Shown one piece after another: positions 46,915 to 62,479 of a DNA stretch of 64,000 bases. The translations under genes and the position numbers were made by a program. The stretch comes from Eledone cirrhosa (Eukaryota), in the NCBI GenBank assembly GCA_964016885.1, contig OZ024740.1, forward strand, positions 4,464,001-4,528,000, given 5' to 3'. The notes below the pieces were generated by a model that saw only the letters and a list, made by a program, of their open reading frames with translations, did not search any database and had not been told where the DNA came from. Numbering within the stretch: position 1 is the first letter of the stretch; every line of letters starts with the position of its first letter.

Positions 46915-49224
46915 ATGGAAAGGCACCAATTGGATATGTCGTTAAAAAACATACCTATTCCGGCGAAAAAGGAATATATTCTATGTATGATACGAAGGAC
47001 CAATGATTTTATTCGACGAATCAGATGGAAAACATTCCATTTTGACAAAAGCCGTATAAACCAAACATCGGATCTTAACAAGGATAAATTTGGATTTAAA
47101 TCTTACAAAAACCCACCCTCAAACCCACTTTTGGATGCATTTGAACAGGACCTAATGGATACGATCATGGAGATCAAATTTACAAAACGGAAAAAGAATA
47201 AACTACAGAATGACATCACGGCACTGCTCAATAATCTAAAAAACGCCAATGGAATTATTGTTAGAGCAGACAAAACATCAAACGTATATACCATGGATGT
47301 GGACACTTACAATAACTTCATCCGTAAAGAATTGCATAAAAAATACAAGAAAACTAATGATGCTACACTTAAAAACATCAACAACTCGGCATGTGATATT
47401 GTTAAAAAACTCTGTATTGACGATAGAACGCAACCCTTAACACCAGCTTCACCATCCTTCAACCTGAAGGACCATAAGGTAAACTTCGATACTGACCCTA
47501 AAATTAGACTTATATGCCTCTCTAAATCTGATACAGGCAAAATTAGCAAATATATATTAGACAGAATTATCCCTCAAGTTAAGGCTAAAGTAGATATTAA
47601 ACTATGGGGTAACACCCATGAAGCAATAAGATGGTTTAATAGCATTACTGATAAGAAGAAATCAAAATTTATTCAGTTCGATATTGATGAGTATTATTCC
47701 TCAATCTCACCAGATACTCTGCATGAAGCCCTTTCGTTCGTTAAGGCTAACTCCGACCTTACGGATGATGAAATTAGTATTATTATGGAAGCGAGGAAAA
47801 CTATTGTTAAATTTGATGATAGCTACTGGGTTCGCAAAGATAGACCATCTAATTTTGATATAACTATGGGGTCCAATGATTCGGCGGAAGTAACTGATCT
47901 TGTGGGAATTTATATCACCCACAGACTACAAGGAAAATTCAAGGATCTCCACGGTGGACTCTACCGTGACGATGCGCTCCTATTAATTAAGCATATGAAT
48001 AACCAGAATTTAGAAAGGATGCGTAAAAATATTAGAAAACTTTTTAAGGGACAAGGATTAAATATTACGTTTGAATATAACCTCACAGAGGTTAATTTCC
48101 TTGATGTTACTTTCAATCTCAATACAGAAACGATTAAACCGTTCCATAAACTAAATGAGAACCTTAAATATGTAAATACGGGTTCTAACCATCCACCTTC
48201 TATAATTAAATCCATCCCTAGAAATATTTCCCTTAGAATCTCCCACCTGTCGTCCAACCAGCAAACCTTCAAAGAACATGCCGAATATTATGATGATGCA
48301 CTTAAGAAGGCTGGACACCTAGATAATATAGAGTATATAGTCGACGATCACCAAAACACCTAAAATAAATCTCATAGAGGTAGAAATAGCAAAGAATCAC
48401 CACCATGCATACACTACCGCAATAGACACAATAATAGTCGCACACCACCAAACAGAAGGCGATGTAAAGAGTATATATGGTACAACCCGGTCTATAACAA
48501 CTCTATTAAAACCAATCTATCCTCATAATTCTTTCGATTAGTTAAAAAACATTTTCCAGCATCAGATAAATATAATAAAATCTTAAACACTAACACTATT
48601 CGACTTTCATATTCAACCGCCCTTAATGTTGAACAACATATAAAAAAGCTTAACGCAAAACGGTTGTATAAACGCCTTCCAACACATAACAATACACGTA
48701 AAACATCGGCTATAAACAACAAACAACATCCCGTCCTGCCTAAGCAACCTCATCAACCCATCCATGGTAATACAACAACGCATAATTATAACTGTAACTG
48801 TGTCCAACCAGGAATGTGTCCGTTGAACAATCAGTGTCTTGAACGCAACATCATATGCAAATGTACTATCGAATCGGGTAGCCAGAAGTGGTACTATGTG
48901 GGGTCTACAGCTACCTCCTTCAAATCTCGCCTTTATAGACATCGTTACTCGATAAAACATGAAAACCAGTGTTATGTAACAACACTCGCAGACAAGGCTT
49001 GGCAGCTGCGCGAAAATAACCAACAATTTAACCTAAAATGGGATATAATAGTGTCTGCCCCTGCATATTTCCAAGGACAGGAATTTTGTAAATTGTGTAA
49101 TATGGAAATATTTTTTATTATGAAATCCAAAAATATTTTATTAAATAACAGAATAGAGCGATCGTTATACTGTAACCATCGCTCGAAATCTACATTTTCA
49201 TATTACAAACGCTACCAGGATTGA
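46915..49224 (+). pseudogene. PLE polyprotein (RT + C-terminal GIY-YIG endonuclease); two in-frame TAA stops, no frameshift
   Basis: MSLKNIPIP, ADKT, FIQFDIDEYYSSI, MGS...AEV, GLYRDDAL, VNFLDVTFNL, SNHPP. The frame continues through TAA at 48361 and 48526 (IWYNPVY...KHFP...IRLSYS) into CNCx5CPLx3C, YVGST, FKSR..RH. Confidence 0.9.
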
Positions 49225-49761
49225 ACACCTGTCTCCATCTCCGTTTGATTGTCAAAATACATATTAACATTCTCTATTAGTCTTAATTCTATCAACTCTT
49301 CTATTCTTTACCATTTAATATAAACTGCTATAGATAAAATGAAATTTCTTAATTCAATTCCCTAATGTATATACCAGCAGGCTACCAGCATTGTTGTTAT
49401 ACAGTAGCAGTGAAAATTTATCTCTTCCTTACTTGACACTTTATATCTGTATTAATATTACTACACCAAACGACCAGCCCTGTCCATTGTTCAACTGGTC
49501 AAATATAGATTAAAATAGGCACTCCCAAAAATTCTTATTTAGATAAAATAAGCCATATACTCATTGTATTCTCACTAAAAACCTATATACTTGTTTACCA
49601 GCAAATTGAATTGCCATCTGTCATATACTATCCCTTCTCTTCTTCCTTTCTTACAACTAATATAAATACTTTGATTTTTCTGATTTTTTCCAATTTATCC
49701 AATATCTCTGAAGAAGTGACAACTGATTATACATTTGCTATCGAATACTTGCTAACATTAT

Positions 49762-49856
49762 AGGTTGACTTTGCCTTTCATCCTTACGGGGTCGATAAAA
49801 TAAAGTACCAGTAATGCACTGGGTAATTGCTGGCCTTGTGCCAAAAGTAGAAACAA
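49762..49856 (+). mobile_element. 5'-truncated Nin-domain SINE
   Basis: GCCTTTCATCCTTACGGGGTCGATAAAATAAAGTACCAG; nearly identical to 51435-51526. Confidence 0.8.
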
Positions 49857-49964
49857 TTATATGATTACGCAAGCAGCGATACATAGGTATACCGTCTGTT
49901 ACAGAAACATATGTATGTCAATACCTAATAAATTCCTTTATAAAAGCACTTTCATTTTATATTC

Positions 49965-50317
<353 letters not shown>

Positions 50318-50375
50318 GGTAAATATTGATGCAATTCACGTACTTATTCCACATAGGAGTGACGGAGTAAATATC

Positions 50376-51574
50376 GAATAAGGAAAAGTGAAATAGCTTC
50401 AGATGTTCAAGTCTTTTAATAATAATGCTGTGATATATATTCTAATGGCGACAGTGGTCGCACTGTTCCATGCGCCAGTGTCACAACATCGTCAGGCAGC
50501 TTTTTACATAATAAGGTTATGTTTCCGAGGCAATCCAAATTGAATCGACATGGGAACGGACGAAGTGTGTGCTCTTGGGTTCTTCGTCCATTCCCCTGTG
50601 AGTACCAACTCACCCCCATCGGTCTGCGCAGGCGCAGGTCCGTAGGATGTTGACCATAACATTAATACCCATTTCAAAACTTCTTACTTAAACATCTCTC
50701 TGCATATTATTTACTCACTTCAATCTATATTTTTTTACTCACCTCAATCCAGATTCCCACTTGAAAAAGTATTAATTTTTAATTTCTAATTTTTGATATT
50801 TAATATTTGATTTCTGATTTTGGATTTTAAATTTTAATTCCCAACTCTCATTCATAACTTCCACCGTGAAACCATGATACATAGAATTAAGTATATTTTC
50901 TCTTAGAGGTTGATGGTCAATTATACTATACATGCTTAATGAGGGGTAGTATTGAGACCTATAGATACTCACACCCTCCCATCCCCACTGGCTTTCGACT
51001 GACAGCCACTGACGGGATAGGTAGCAGTAAGCTATATTACAGGCCTTGAATGGGTCATTGTTTGGCTGAGAGGGGGAACTGACTAAGCGAATTTAGTTGA
51101 AATCTGCGGTAGCTAATGGTCAACTTCCTACGGACCTGCACCTGCGCAGACCGATAGGAGTGAATTGGTACTCACAGGGGTATGGACGAAGAACCCAAGA
51201 GCACACACTTCGTCCGTTCCCATGTCGATTCAATTTGGATTGCCTCGGAAACATAACCTTATTATGTAAAAAGCTGTCTGACGATGTCGCGACACTGGCG
51301 CACGGAACAGTGTGACCACTGTCGCCATTGAAATATATATCACAGCATTATTTGGCAGTATCGGTAGAGGGTCGGGCGCTATGCTTTGACGCATAGAGTT
51401 ACGGCCCTTGCCATTCTGAGTTCAAATCCCGCCGAGGTTAACTTTGCCTTTCATCCTTACGGGGTCGATAAAATAAAGTACCAGTAATACACTGGGTATT
51501 GCTGGCCTTGTGCCAAAAGTAGAAACAATTATTATTAAAAGACTTGAACATCTGAAACTACTTCGTTTTTCCTT

Positions 51575-51578
<4 letters not shown>
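50376..51578. mobile_element. Fold-back element with ~280-bp inverted arms (50376-50657; 51116-51578, interrupted by a SINE) and a ~460-bp spacer
   Basis: The arms are reverse complements with scattered mismatches; the ORF track gives near-identical peptides on opposite strands. Confidence 0.88.
51353..51526 (+). mobile_element. tRNA-derived Nin-domain SINE inserted in the right arm of the fold-back
   Basis: A-box-like TGGCAGTATCGG, B-box GAGTTCAAATCC, Nin-like core; ATTATT on both sides; absent from the left arm. Confidence 0.85.
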
Positions 51579-51627
<49 letters not shown>

Positions 51628-51632
<5 letters not shown>

Positions 51633-51779
51633 TAAAAGTAATTCCAACTTTGTCTGATTTACTCGTTTTATTTACAATCCTTTAAAATTATAATGATATT
51701 ATAATGAAATAGTATGGTAGAATATTAAATGTTAAATAAAACGAGTAAATCAGACAAAGTTAGAATTCCTTTTATTAAT
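51628..51779. mobile_element. Short fold-back / MITE-like element (~50-bp inverted arms) beside (TA)n
   Basis: ATTAATAAAAG.AATTC.AACTTTGTCTGATTTACTCGTTTTATTT pairs with AAATAAAACGAGTAAATCAGACAAAGTT.GAATT.CTTTTATTAAT. Confidence 0.8.
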
Positions 51780-51814
51780 ATAATCTTCTATACACAATCA
51801 TACACACTGTTGTA

Positions 51815-54234
<2,420 letters not shown>

Positions 54235-54277
54235 ATATATAATACATATATATATATAATACACACACACACGCACA

Positions 54278-54348
<71 letters not shown>

Positions 54349-54384
54349 CACACACACACACGCACATCTCTCTCTCTCTATATA

Positions 54385-54427
<43 letters not shown>

Positions 54428-54525
54428 AGTGTAACTTGGAGTTACTGTAGGTTCACCCAGGGTGAGCACTCGATGTTTAGGTTCACTTCTGTGTCGAGGT
54501 GTAGAGCTATACAGAGTGTATTATA

Positions 54526-54896
54526 TTGAAAAGATATCAAGGACGATTGGTTACTCCTTCATTACATTTATTGGTAGGTGACGCGCGTTTCGCCACTGAT
54601 CAGCGCAAGGTTCGATATGTATCGATCTTACCTGACTCTATAATCCGCAGCTCGACGGACCTTTTAAGATGCTAGTAGAAGATGAATACATGCTATATGG
54701 TAAAGTGAGAAGTTCATATGTTGGACAATATGAGTTGTTTTGATTGGTGGAATAGATCATAGGGATGTATATATGTATGTATATTTATATGTACAACGCC
54801 ACCTTCATTGGCCCTCCCCCTATCTATGTACTACGCCATCCCCACTGACACTCCTCCCTCTCTCTGTATACACACACACACACACATGTGTATATA

Positions 54897-54955
<59 letters not shown>

Positions 54956-55509
54956 ATGTGTATATATGTCAGTGTGTATATACACATGTGTATGTATACA
55001 ACGTTATTGTCAGACTAAGTGTGTCTAGGTATGTATCTCCTCATTGTATTTGACACCACCAACACCACACCACCATAAACACCATTACCATAAACAACGA
55101 CACCACACCCACACCACACACAATAATCAGCCACAACTAAACGCCAATCTGTCTACCGACAATCCCCCACACACACACACACACACACCACAGCCCACCT
55201 CAGCCTGCGACCGTCACCACCATCTTACTATCACATCCACCCCCACATACACTACAGGCGAAAACATCCCTATGATCTATTCCACCAATCAAAACAAGCC
55301 TTATTGACCAACATCTGAACTTCTGAACTTCTTATCATATAGTATGTATTCATTTTCTACTAGTATTTTAAGGGGTCCGTCAGTCTGCGGATTATTGAGT
55401 CAGGTAAGTTCGATACAGATCGAACCTTGAGCTGATCAGTGGCGAAACGTGCGTAACCTCCCAATAAATGCAATGAAGGAGTAACCAATCATCCTTGTTA
55501 TCTTCTCAA
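54526..55509. mobile_element. Fold-back element with ~205-bp diverged inverted arms (54526-54730; 55302-55509), probably Penelope pseudo-LTR-like
   Basis: The arms are reverse complements; each has GAAACG(C/T)GCGT(C/A) followed by AATAAA. A partial third copy lies at ~61886-61965. Confidence 0.8.
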
Positions 55510-55522
55510 AATATATATATAT

Positions 55523-57630
55523 AAGTGGGAAAAAGATAGTCTGCCCCAAATCGATCCAATAGAAGGACCAGCGGTGCAATTTAAAGGTAGTGTAATAATT
55601 AAGGCAATCAAAGATATGGAGACAGGCAAGGCAGCTGGGCCTTCGGAGATAGTTGCTGAGATGTTGAAGGCATCTGGAATGGTGGGACACACTATGGTCA
55701 CTCGTATAGTTAACCAAGTAATACAGAATGGAGTCATTTGAAAAGACTGGCATAGCAGCATCATCATTAACTGCTACAAGGGTAAAGGGGATGCTCTAGA
55801 TAGGGGAAACTATAGAGGCATTAAGTTAGTTGACCAGGTCATGAAGGTCACAGAAAGAGTTATAGCGCAACAAATCAGAGAGCGAATTGATCTAGATGGA
55901 ATGCAGTTTGGGTTTGTGTCAGGCAAAAGTATCACAGACGCTCTTTTCCTTGTACGACAACTACAGGAGAAGTACCTAGCTAAAAGTAAACCCCTCTACT
56001 TAGCTTTTAGACCTGGAGAAAGCCTTTGACAGAGTCCCCCGCTCCATTATCTGGTGGGCTCTTAGAAAACTAGGTGTAGATGAATGGCTTGTGAGAGCTA
56101 TACAAGCTATGTATAAAGAAACAGTCAGTAAGGTTAGAATTAATGAATATTGTGAACAATTTAGTGTAAAAGTTGGTGTTCATCAAGGCTCTGTCCTTAG
56201 CCTCTTCCTATTTTTTATTGCCCACCAGGCTATAACAGAGGAGTTCAAGACCGGCTGACCATGGGAACTCCTATCTAACTCTCATAGCTGAATCAATGGT
56301 CGAACTAGAGAAGAAATTCCAAACATGGAAGCATGGCCTAGAATCAAAAGGCCTGAAACTTAACTTGTCTAAGACTAAAGTTTGAGTTTGTAGAAAGGAA
56401 AATAGGGCTCAGGTACCCTCAGGGAAATGGCCATGCTCAGTGTGTAGGAAAGGAGTAGGCAGAAATTCCATTTTATGTCCCAAATGCAAACTATAGGTAC
56501 ATAAAAGTGTAGTTGGGTTACAGGTAAACTATCTAAGAACGTAGACTTTATATGTGGCCGGTGCTCAGGTGCAATAAGTAGCAAGTGCCCACAGGATACT
56601 AGCTCCTTCTATTGTCCAGATGGTTCTATAGAAATAGTGGACACTTTCCGTTACCTGGGTGACAAAATCAGCAGTGGTGGAGGGTGCTCTGAAAGTACAG
56701 TAGCCAGAGTCAGAACAGGATGGAAAAAGTTCAGAGAGCTTATACCACTATTGGCCGCTAAAGGGTTCTCTCTAAAAATGAAAAGCAGATTGTATGATGC
56801 CTGTATACAAACAGCAATGCTACATGGCAGTGAGACATGGGCATTACGTGAAGAGGACCTGCGTAAACTGGAAAGGAACGAAGCATGCATTCTCTGTTGG
56901 ATGTGTAATAGTTATATACGTGAACGGCAAAGCATAAATGAACTAAGTGAGAAATTAGGAATAAGAGGGATCAGATGCTGTTTACTCGAGAGAAGACTAC
57001 GTTGGTATGGCCATGTGATGCACATGAAAGACGACAGCTGTATAAAAAAGTGCAGGGCGATCAAAATCGATGGTAGTTACGGACTAGTTAGACCCAGAAA
57101 AACCTGGGACGATCTAATAAATTCCGACCTTACACACTTACACCTCTCCAAGACAATGTCACTGGACCGAGATCTTTGGCGCTACGCAGTAATACAGAAG
57201 ACCCGTCTTGCCTATATACAAAGCGAAACCTAGTCAGTAGGCACCTCTTAACCAAATATGCACCCCAATTCACTACCCCTACCCTATCTTCCCACTCCCA
57301 CCAACACCACCCTCTCTCTGTAAAGTTGGTACCACAACATCCAGTCCAAATAAATGAGATAATGAGATCGAGATCGTGTAGGTGTCACGACAAAAAACAC
57401 ACAGTCCACACTGTAATGTGGCTATGTAGGTAACACGATAAAAAGTTCCCAGTTCTACATTGTAAATGTGGTTGGTGTTAGGAAGGGCATCCAACCATAG
57501 AAAACCTGCTAGATAGTCCTATAGTAGCGAGACATGGTCACCCGACCAACCTTGCCTCAAGTGGGACAACTCTCGTCTAACCCATACTAGTGTGGAAGAT
57601 GGACGTTAAACGAAGATGATGATGATGATG
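55523..57630 (+). mobile_element. RTE-clade LINE, 5'-truncated, same subfamily as 40930-43014
   Basis: Colinear with the 40930 copy over its whole length; many disablements; (GAT)n tail. Confidence 0.95.
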
Positions 57631-57658
57631 TGTGTGTGTGTATATATATATATATATT

Positions 57659-60600
57659 ATCATCATTTTACATTGCTTTTCCCTGCTTGCAAGGGTGGGA
57701 CGGGTCCTATTCAGCACACCATCTCTCCACTTGTCATGGTCCTTCGTCATCTCCTCGGTGAGTTTTAGCGATCTGAGGTCTGCTCTCACCACCTCCACCC
57801 ATGTTTTTCATAGTCTACCTCTACTGCGTCTTCCTTCTACTGGGATTTCTTGGCACTTCTTTACCCAGCGGTCATCCTCCATGCGCATCACATGTCCACA
57901 CCATCTCAGTCTTCTCTCCCGCACACTACAACTTATTCCTCTTATACACAGTTTCTTTCTCAACTCATCTATGCTTAGTCGTTCACGCACATTGACATTG
58001 GACATCCAACAGAGCATTTGTCGCATATCCTCTGCAGTTGCTGCCCATGTCTCACTACCATGCAGCATTGGGCATCTCACACAGGCATCATATAACCGTC
58101 CTTTCGTATGCAGGACGAAACCCTTCTCTTTCAACAGAGGAAGCAGCTCCCTAAACTTCTTCCAACCTGTCCTTATTCTAGATACTATAACCTCAGAACA
58201 CCCCCCTCCAATGCTAATCTGATCACCTAGGTACCGGAAACTATCAACCACTTCTATAGAACCCACCTGCATTTGAAAGATGTGTCTATCACTGCGATTA
58301 CTACTGCCAACTTTCCCTGTACATCTACTGCATACATAGTTTTCCCTACCTATTAGTTTGCTTGCTCTCCCACTACATCTCTTGTGTACCCAAGATCTGC
58401 ATTGCATACATTTAATGGAATTTATGCCAGTGCTTTTCCTACATATCGAACATGGCCATTTCCTTGATGGAATCAGAGTATTGTCCTCTCTTCTACTTAT
58501 CAACACTTTTGTCTTAGCTAGGTTCACTCTCAGTCTTCTTGATTCCAACTGCTGTTTCCATAGCCAGAATTTATTCTCCAGCTCCACTACTGATTCTGCT
58601 ATAAGAACCAGATCGTCAGCATAGAGAAGTTCCCATGGACAGCCAGTCTTAAACTGCTCTAAAATGGCTTGGAGGACTATAATGAACAAGAGCGGGCTGA
58701 GGACCGAACCCTGATGTACACCTACTTGTATCTGGAACTCCTCACCAAACTCCAGCCCTACTCTCCCTTTACTGACAGCACCCCTGTACATAGCTTGCAC
58801 TGTCCTCACAAGACATTCCTCTACACCTAGTTTCCTTAGGGACCACCATATGATAGATAGGGGTACCCTATCAAAGCCTTCTTTAGGTCAACAAAGGCTA
58901 AGTATAGTGGCTTATTCTTCTCTAAGAACCTCTCTTGTAATTGTCTCACCAAGAAGAGGGCATCTGTTGTACTTTTCCGAGGCACAAAACCAAACTGCAT
59001 CTCATCTAGCTTGACCCTTTCTCTAATTAGTTGTGCTAGTATCCTTTCTGCTACTTTCGTAACCTGATCCATCAGTTTTATACCCCTATAATTGCTCCTC
59101 TCCAGAGCATCCCCTTTACATTTCTAACAATTCATGAGAATACTACTGCACCAGTCTTTGGGTATGACACCGCCATATATAGCTTGATTGATGATCCGTG
59201 CAACCAGTTTAGTGCCTACTTCTCCTGATGCCTTCAGCATCTCAGCAACTATCCCTGACGGTCCAGAAGCCTTACCATTCTTCATTTCCTTAACTGCCTC
59301 TTGTACCCTATATTCGTCAATCACAATAGCTGGTCCCTATGTCGGGTCCACTGGGGGTAATTTCTCTCTCTCCCATTCGTTCTCCACATTCATCAGTCTC
59401 TCATAATGACATTTCCAGGCCTCCTTTTTTTGATCATTCGTGACACTAAGTACACCGGCATCATTCCGGACACACTTATCTCCAACAACATCCTGATTTG
59501 CACTGACACACTGCCTTGTAATGTGGAACACCACACGTCTCTGATCTTCCCGTCGCAGAACATTGGCAAACCTCCTATTCTCAGCCTCCCTGCATGCTAA
59601 GTAGACCTGACGTCTAGCTTCTCTCTTAGCGGCTGTGTATCCTTCTCTACTCCCACCATTTTTCCAAGCTTCTGGCCAGTCTTTTGTCTCTAATGACCTA
59701 TATACTGTGCTGTTCCACCACCAGGTCACTCTCTGTCTGGTGCTCCAACCACAAGTTTCTTCAGTAGCCTGCAGTAAGTTGTCACGCAAGAAATTCCAGT
59801 TATCATCTATGTCATACAACTCTAAATCGTCTTCTTTTTCGTCATACACATCTTGAAGGGCTTTGCTAAATTTATATTTTAGTGAAAGGTCTTTTAGCTT
59901 CCAGACTTTTCTTTTCCACACCTTCCTGCATGTCTCATTCTTTCTCTTGCTTACTGAGATGTCACTAACGACTAACCTATGCTGTGGGGTATATTCTTTC
60001 CTGGGGTATGCCTTAGTATTTGACACCATCTATCTGTATCGCTTTCTAACTAGCAGGAAGTCAATCTGGCTGATTTGTAGGTTATTCGGTGGCTGGTAGG
60101 TTTCTGGAAGTTAGTGTTGCAAATGGTTAGTGCACTTGCATCACAAAATTCAAGAAGTCTCACTCCTTCATTTCTTGAGCCGTAACCGTGCCCACCATGT
60201 ACCCCAGTGTATCCATCCTGGAGCTGTCCAACATGACCATTGAAGTCCCCTGCTAGCATAACGATGTCTCCGTCCTCTGTCATTGAGGCTGTTTGTAAAA
60301 GTTGCTCGTAAAAGCAGTCTTTCTCTTCTTTACCTAGGCCTGCCTGGGGAGCATAGGCAGAGATGATTGTCAGTAGTCTCTTGTCTACAACTAATCTAAG
60401 CTTAATTATTCTATTACTAACTCTAACTACCTCTATTCTCTTATTGATCCATTTCTCAGCCAGTAATATGCCTACCCCACCTAACCCATCATCAATACCC
60501 ATCCAGAAAAGCTTATAATTAAGATGTTTGCCTGCGATTAGTCTTGCAGAGGCACCTCTCCATCTCACCGCTTGCACGCAGCACACATCCATATGCCTTC

Positions 60601-61566
60601 TCTCCAGCATCTCCACTATCTCACCAGATCTACCTGTTAGAGTGCCAGCATTCAGTTTGGCAACTCTGAAATGCAACGTCTTGTAAGGGGCAGATGGAGG
60701 CTCCGTAAGCCGTAGTGTAGCAACCCATCTAGGAGAGCTACAACTCCAAATAAATTGGTGCGGAGTAGAGAAGTCCCCTAAGTCCAGTAAGACAACTTCC
60801 CTAGTGCTAGTGGCACGAATAAAAGCACCCAGTCCATGCTGTAAAATGGAGGGGTGGATAGGGCCCTTGAGTCCAGTAAGACAACCTCTCTAGTGCTGGT
60901 GGCACAAATAAAAGCACCTAGTCCATGCTGTAAAATGGAGGAGTAAAGATATGACGAGATAAAAGAAAATCACGTCTTCACTGTAGCCGTGTGAGCGAGA
61001 GAAGAGACTGCTTACAGTGGCGGACGAGGGAGGAAGTGAGCTAGCAGAGAGAGGGTGACTAGCAGAGAGGGAGTGAGTGAAAGTAAGAGGAAGTGAGAAA
61101 GAGATAGTTATAGTGGCAGGCTAGCCGAGAGAAGGTGACTAGCAGAGGGGGTGGGAGAAAGTAAGAGGGAGAAGGAGAGAGAAGAGGGCGAGAAAGGATA
61201 GCAACAAGGAAAGGGAAAAGAAATGTGTCACAGCAGAGAAGGAAACTTATATGAATAAAATGGCGAGCTGTGTGGTTGCAGTTAAGTATAATGAAAATAT
61301 AAGTTATGGGCGAAAGAGGGTTATATCCTTCGTCAGTTGTCTGCTAGGAATCATAGGTATTTCTTCGCGTTAGAGACAAGATACCTCAGCCTAGGGCGAA
61401 CAATAACTAAGCTGGCTAAGTTCGGATCTAGGTGTTGAAATAGCCGAATGGCCAGAGCTCAGCCGTCGGGGTCCCGACTCTTTTCCCATTTACCCACTCT
61501 ACTATCCTAAGTATCAAGTACTCTGGTGCGTTATGGTCCACCTAGTTTCTTACCACACATTCTTTG
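57659..61566 (-). mobile_element. Near full-length RTE LINE (APE endonuclease + RT), disrupted; 5' boundary approximate
   Basis: APE motifs LNAGTL, GVGIL, ISAYAPQ, GDFNGHVG, QHRLV (60676-59980); RT motifs FVDLKKA, GVHQGSVLSP, YADD, FRYLG. ~0.9-kb upstream region; short (GAT)n tail; TA-rich flanks. Confidence 0.92.
60781..60941. repeat. Tandem duplication (~72-bp matching units, period 89) in the RTE 5' region
   Basis: AGTCCAGTAAGACAAC...AAAATGGAGG at 60781 and 60870. Confidence 0.9.
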
Positions 61567-61686
61567 TTATATATATATATATTTATATATGATGATGAGA
61601 GTATATATATTGGGAAAAAACCGGGAGGTTATATCTGTAGTAAGTAGAGCACTCAGTGGAGAGGACGAATTTGGTAGAGAGTTAGT

Positions 61687-61833
61687 TCCACAACATATTA
61701 GCACACCATACTAGAGGACACGCATTTCACTGAGCGGATTTTCAACCCATGTGTGGCTGCTGGGAGAACCATTCTCATCATAGCCATACATGGTTGCAAA
61801 GTCCTCGGGTATGGTTTACTAATATGTTGTGGA
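61687..61833. repeat. Imperfect long hairpin
   Basis: TCCACAACATATTAG..ACCATAC..GAGGAC pairs with GTCCTC..GTATGGT..CTAATATGTTGTGGA; inner stem CAACCCATGTGTGGCT / AGCCATACATGGTTG. Confidence 0.85.
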
Positions 61834-62030
61834 CCCCCCCCCCTCTCTGTCTCTCTCTATATATATATATATATATATAATAATACAAGGACGATTTGTT
61901 AAGCCTTCATTACATTTATTGATTTGTGACGTGTGTTCGCTATTGATCAGCTCAAGGTTCGATCTGGCCCGACTCTGGAATCAAAAGCTTGTCAAGCCTC
62001 TGTTGTAGTAATGACAGAATGTTACACTCC

Positions 62031-62085
<55 letters not shown>

Positions 62086-62121
62086 AAAGAATAGAGGTGT
62101 AACACACAAGTTATTATATAG

Positions 62122-62272
62122 TGGTAAACGGAAAGAAATGCGCAACCGGTAAAAACTTAAAAACTTAAAACCACAACTGAATACTAACCCATACAATCAC
62201 TAATACTCTTTTATTCCTAATTAAACCATTTTTCAACTGTGAACAATTTGTCAGCATTTTCTATTCCGTTTA

Positions 62273-62276
<4 letters not shown>
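62122..62276. repeat. Short element with ~20-bp imperfect terminal inverted repeats beside (TA)n
   Basis: TGGTAAACGGAAAGAAATGC versus GCATTTTCTATTCCGTTTACCA. Confidence 0.6.
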
Positions 62277-62361
<85 letters not shown>

Positions 62362-62365
62362 TATA

Positions 62366-62479
<114 letters not shown>

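Larger units (their letters stand above)
46771..49760 (+). mobile_element. Penelope-like retroelement, Naiad-type (3' boundary approximate)
   Basis: Single RT + GIY-YIG reading frame, inverted 5' end, adjacent to (TA)n. Confidence 0.85.

Noticed and set aside
48361-48528. Programmed readthrough or selenocysteine in the PLE ORF
   Set aside because: Both stops are TAA at non-Cys-motif positions; point mutation is the simpler explanation.
50416-51315. Two similar small ORFs on opposite strands suggesting a duplicated gene
   Set aside because: They are the two arms of one inverted repeat; no recognisable domain.
54576-54603. CTGATCA as the hammerhead CUGANGA box
   Set aside because: It has C at the G8 position and no adjacent stem I; it fits better as the 3' strand of stem II.
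61250-61566. HDV-like ribozyme at the RTE 5' end, as known for some RTEs
   Set aside because: I could not identify the nested double pseudoknot by eye; it needs an RNArobo or Infernal search.
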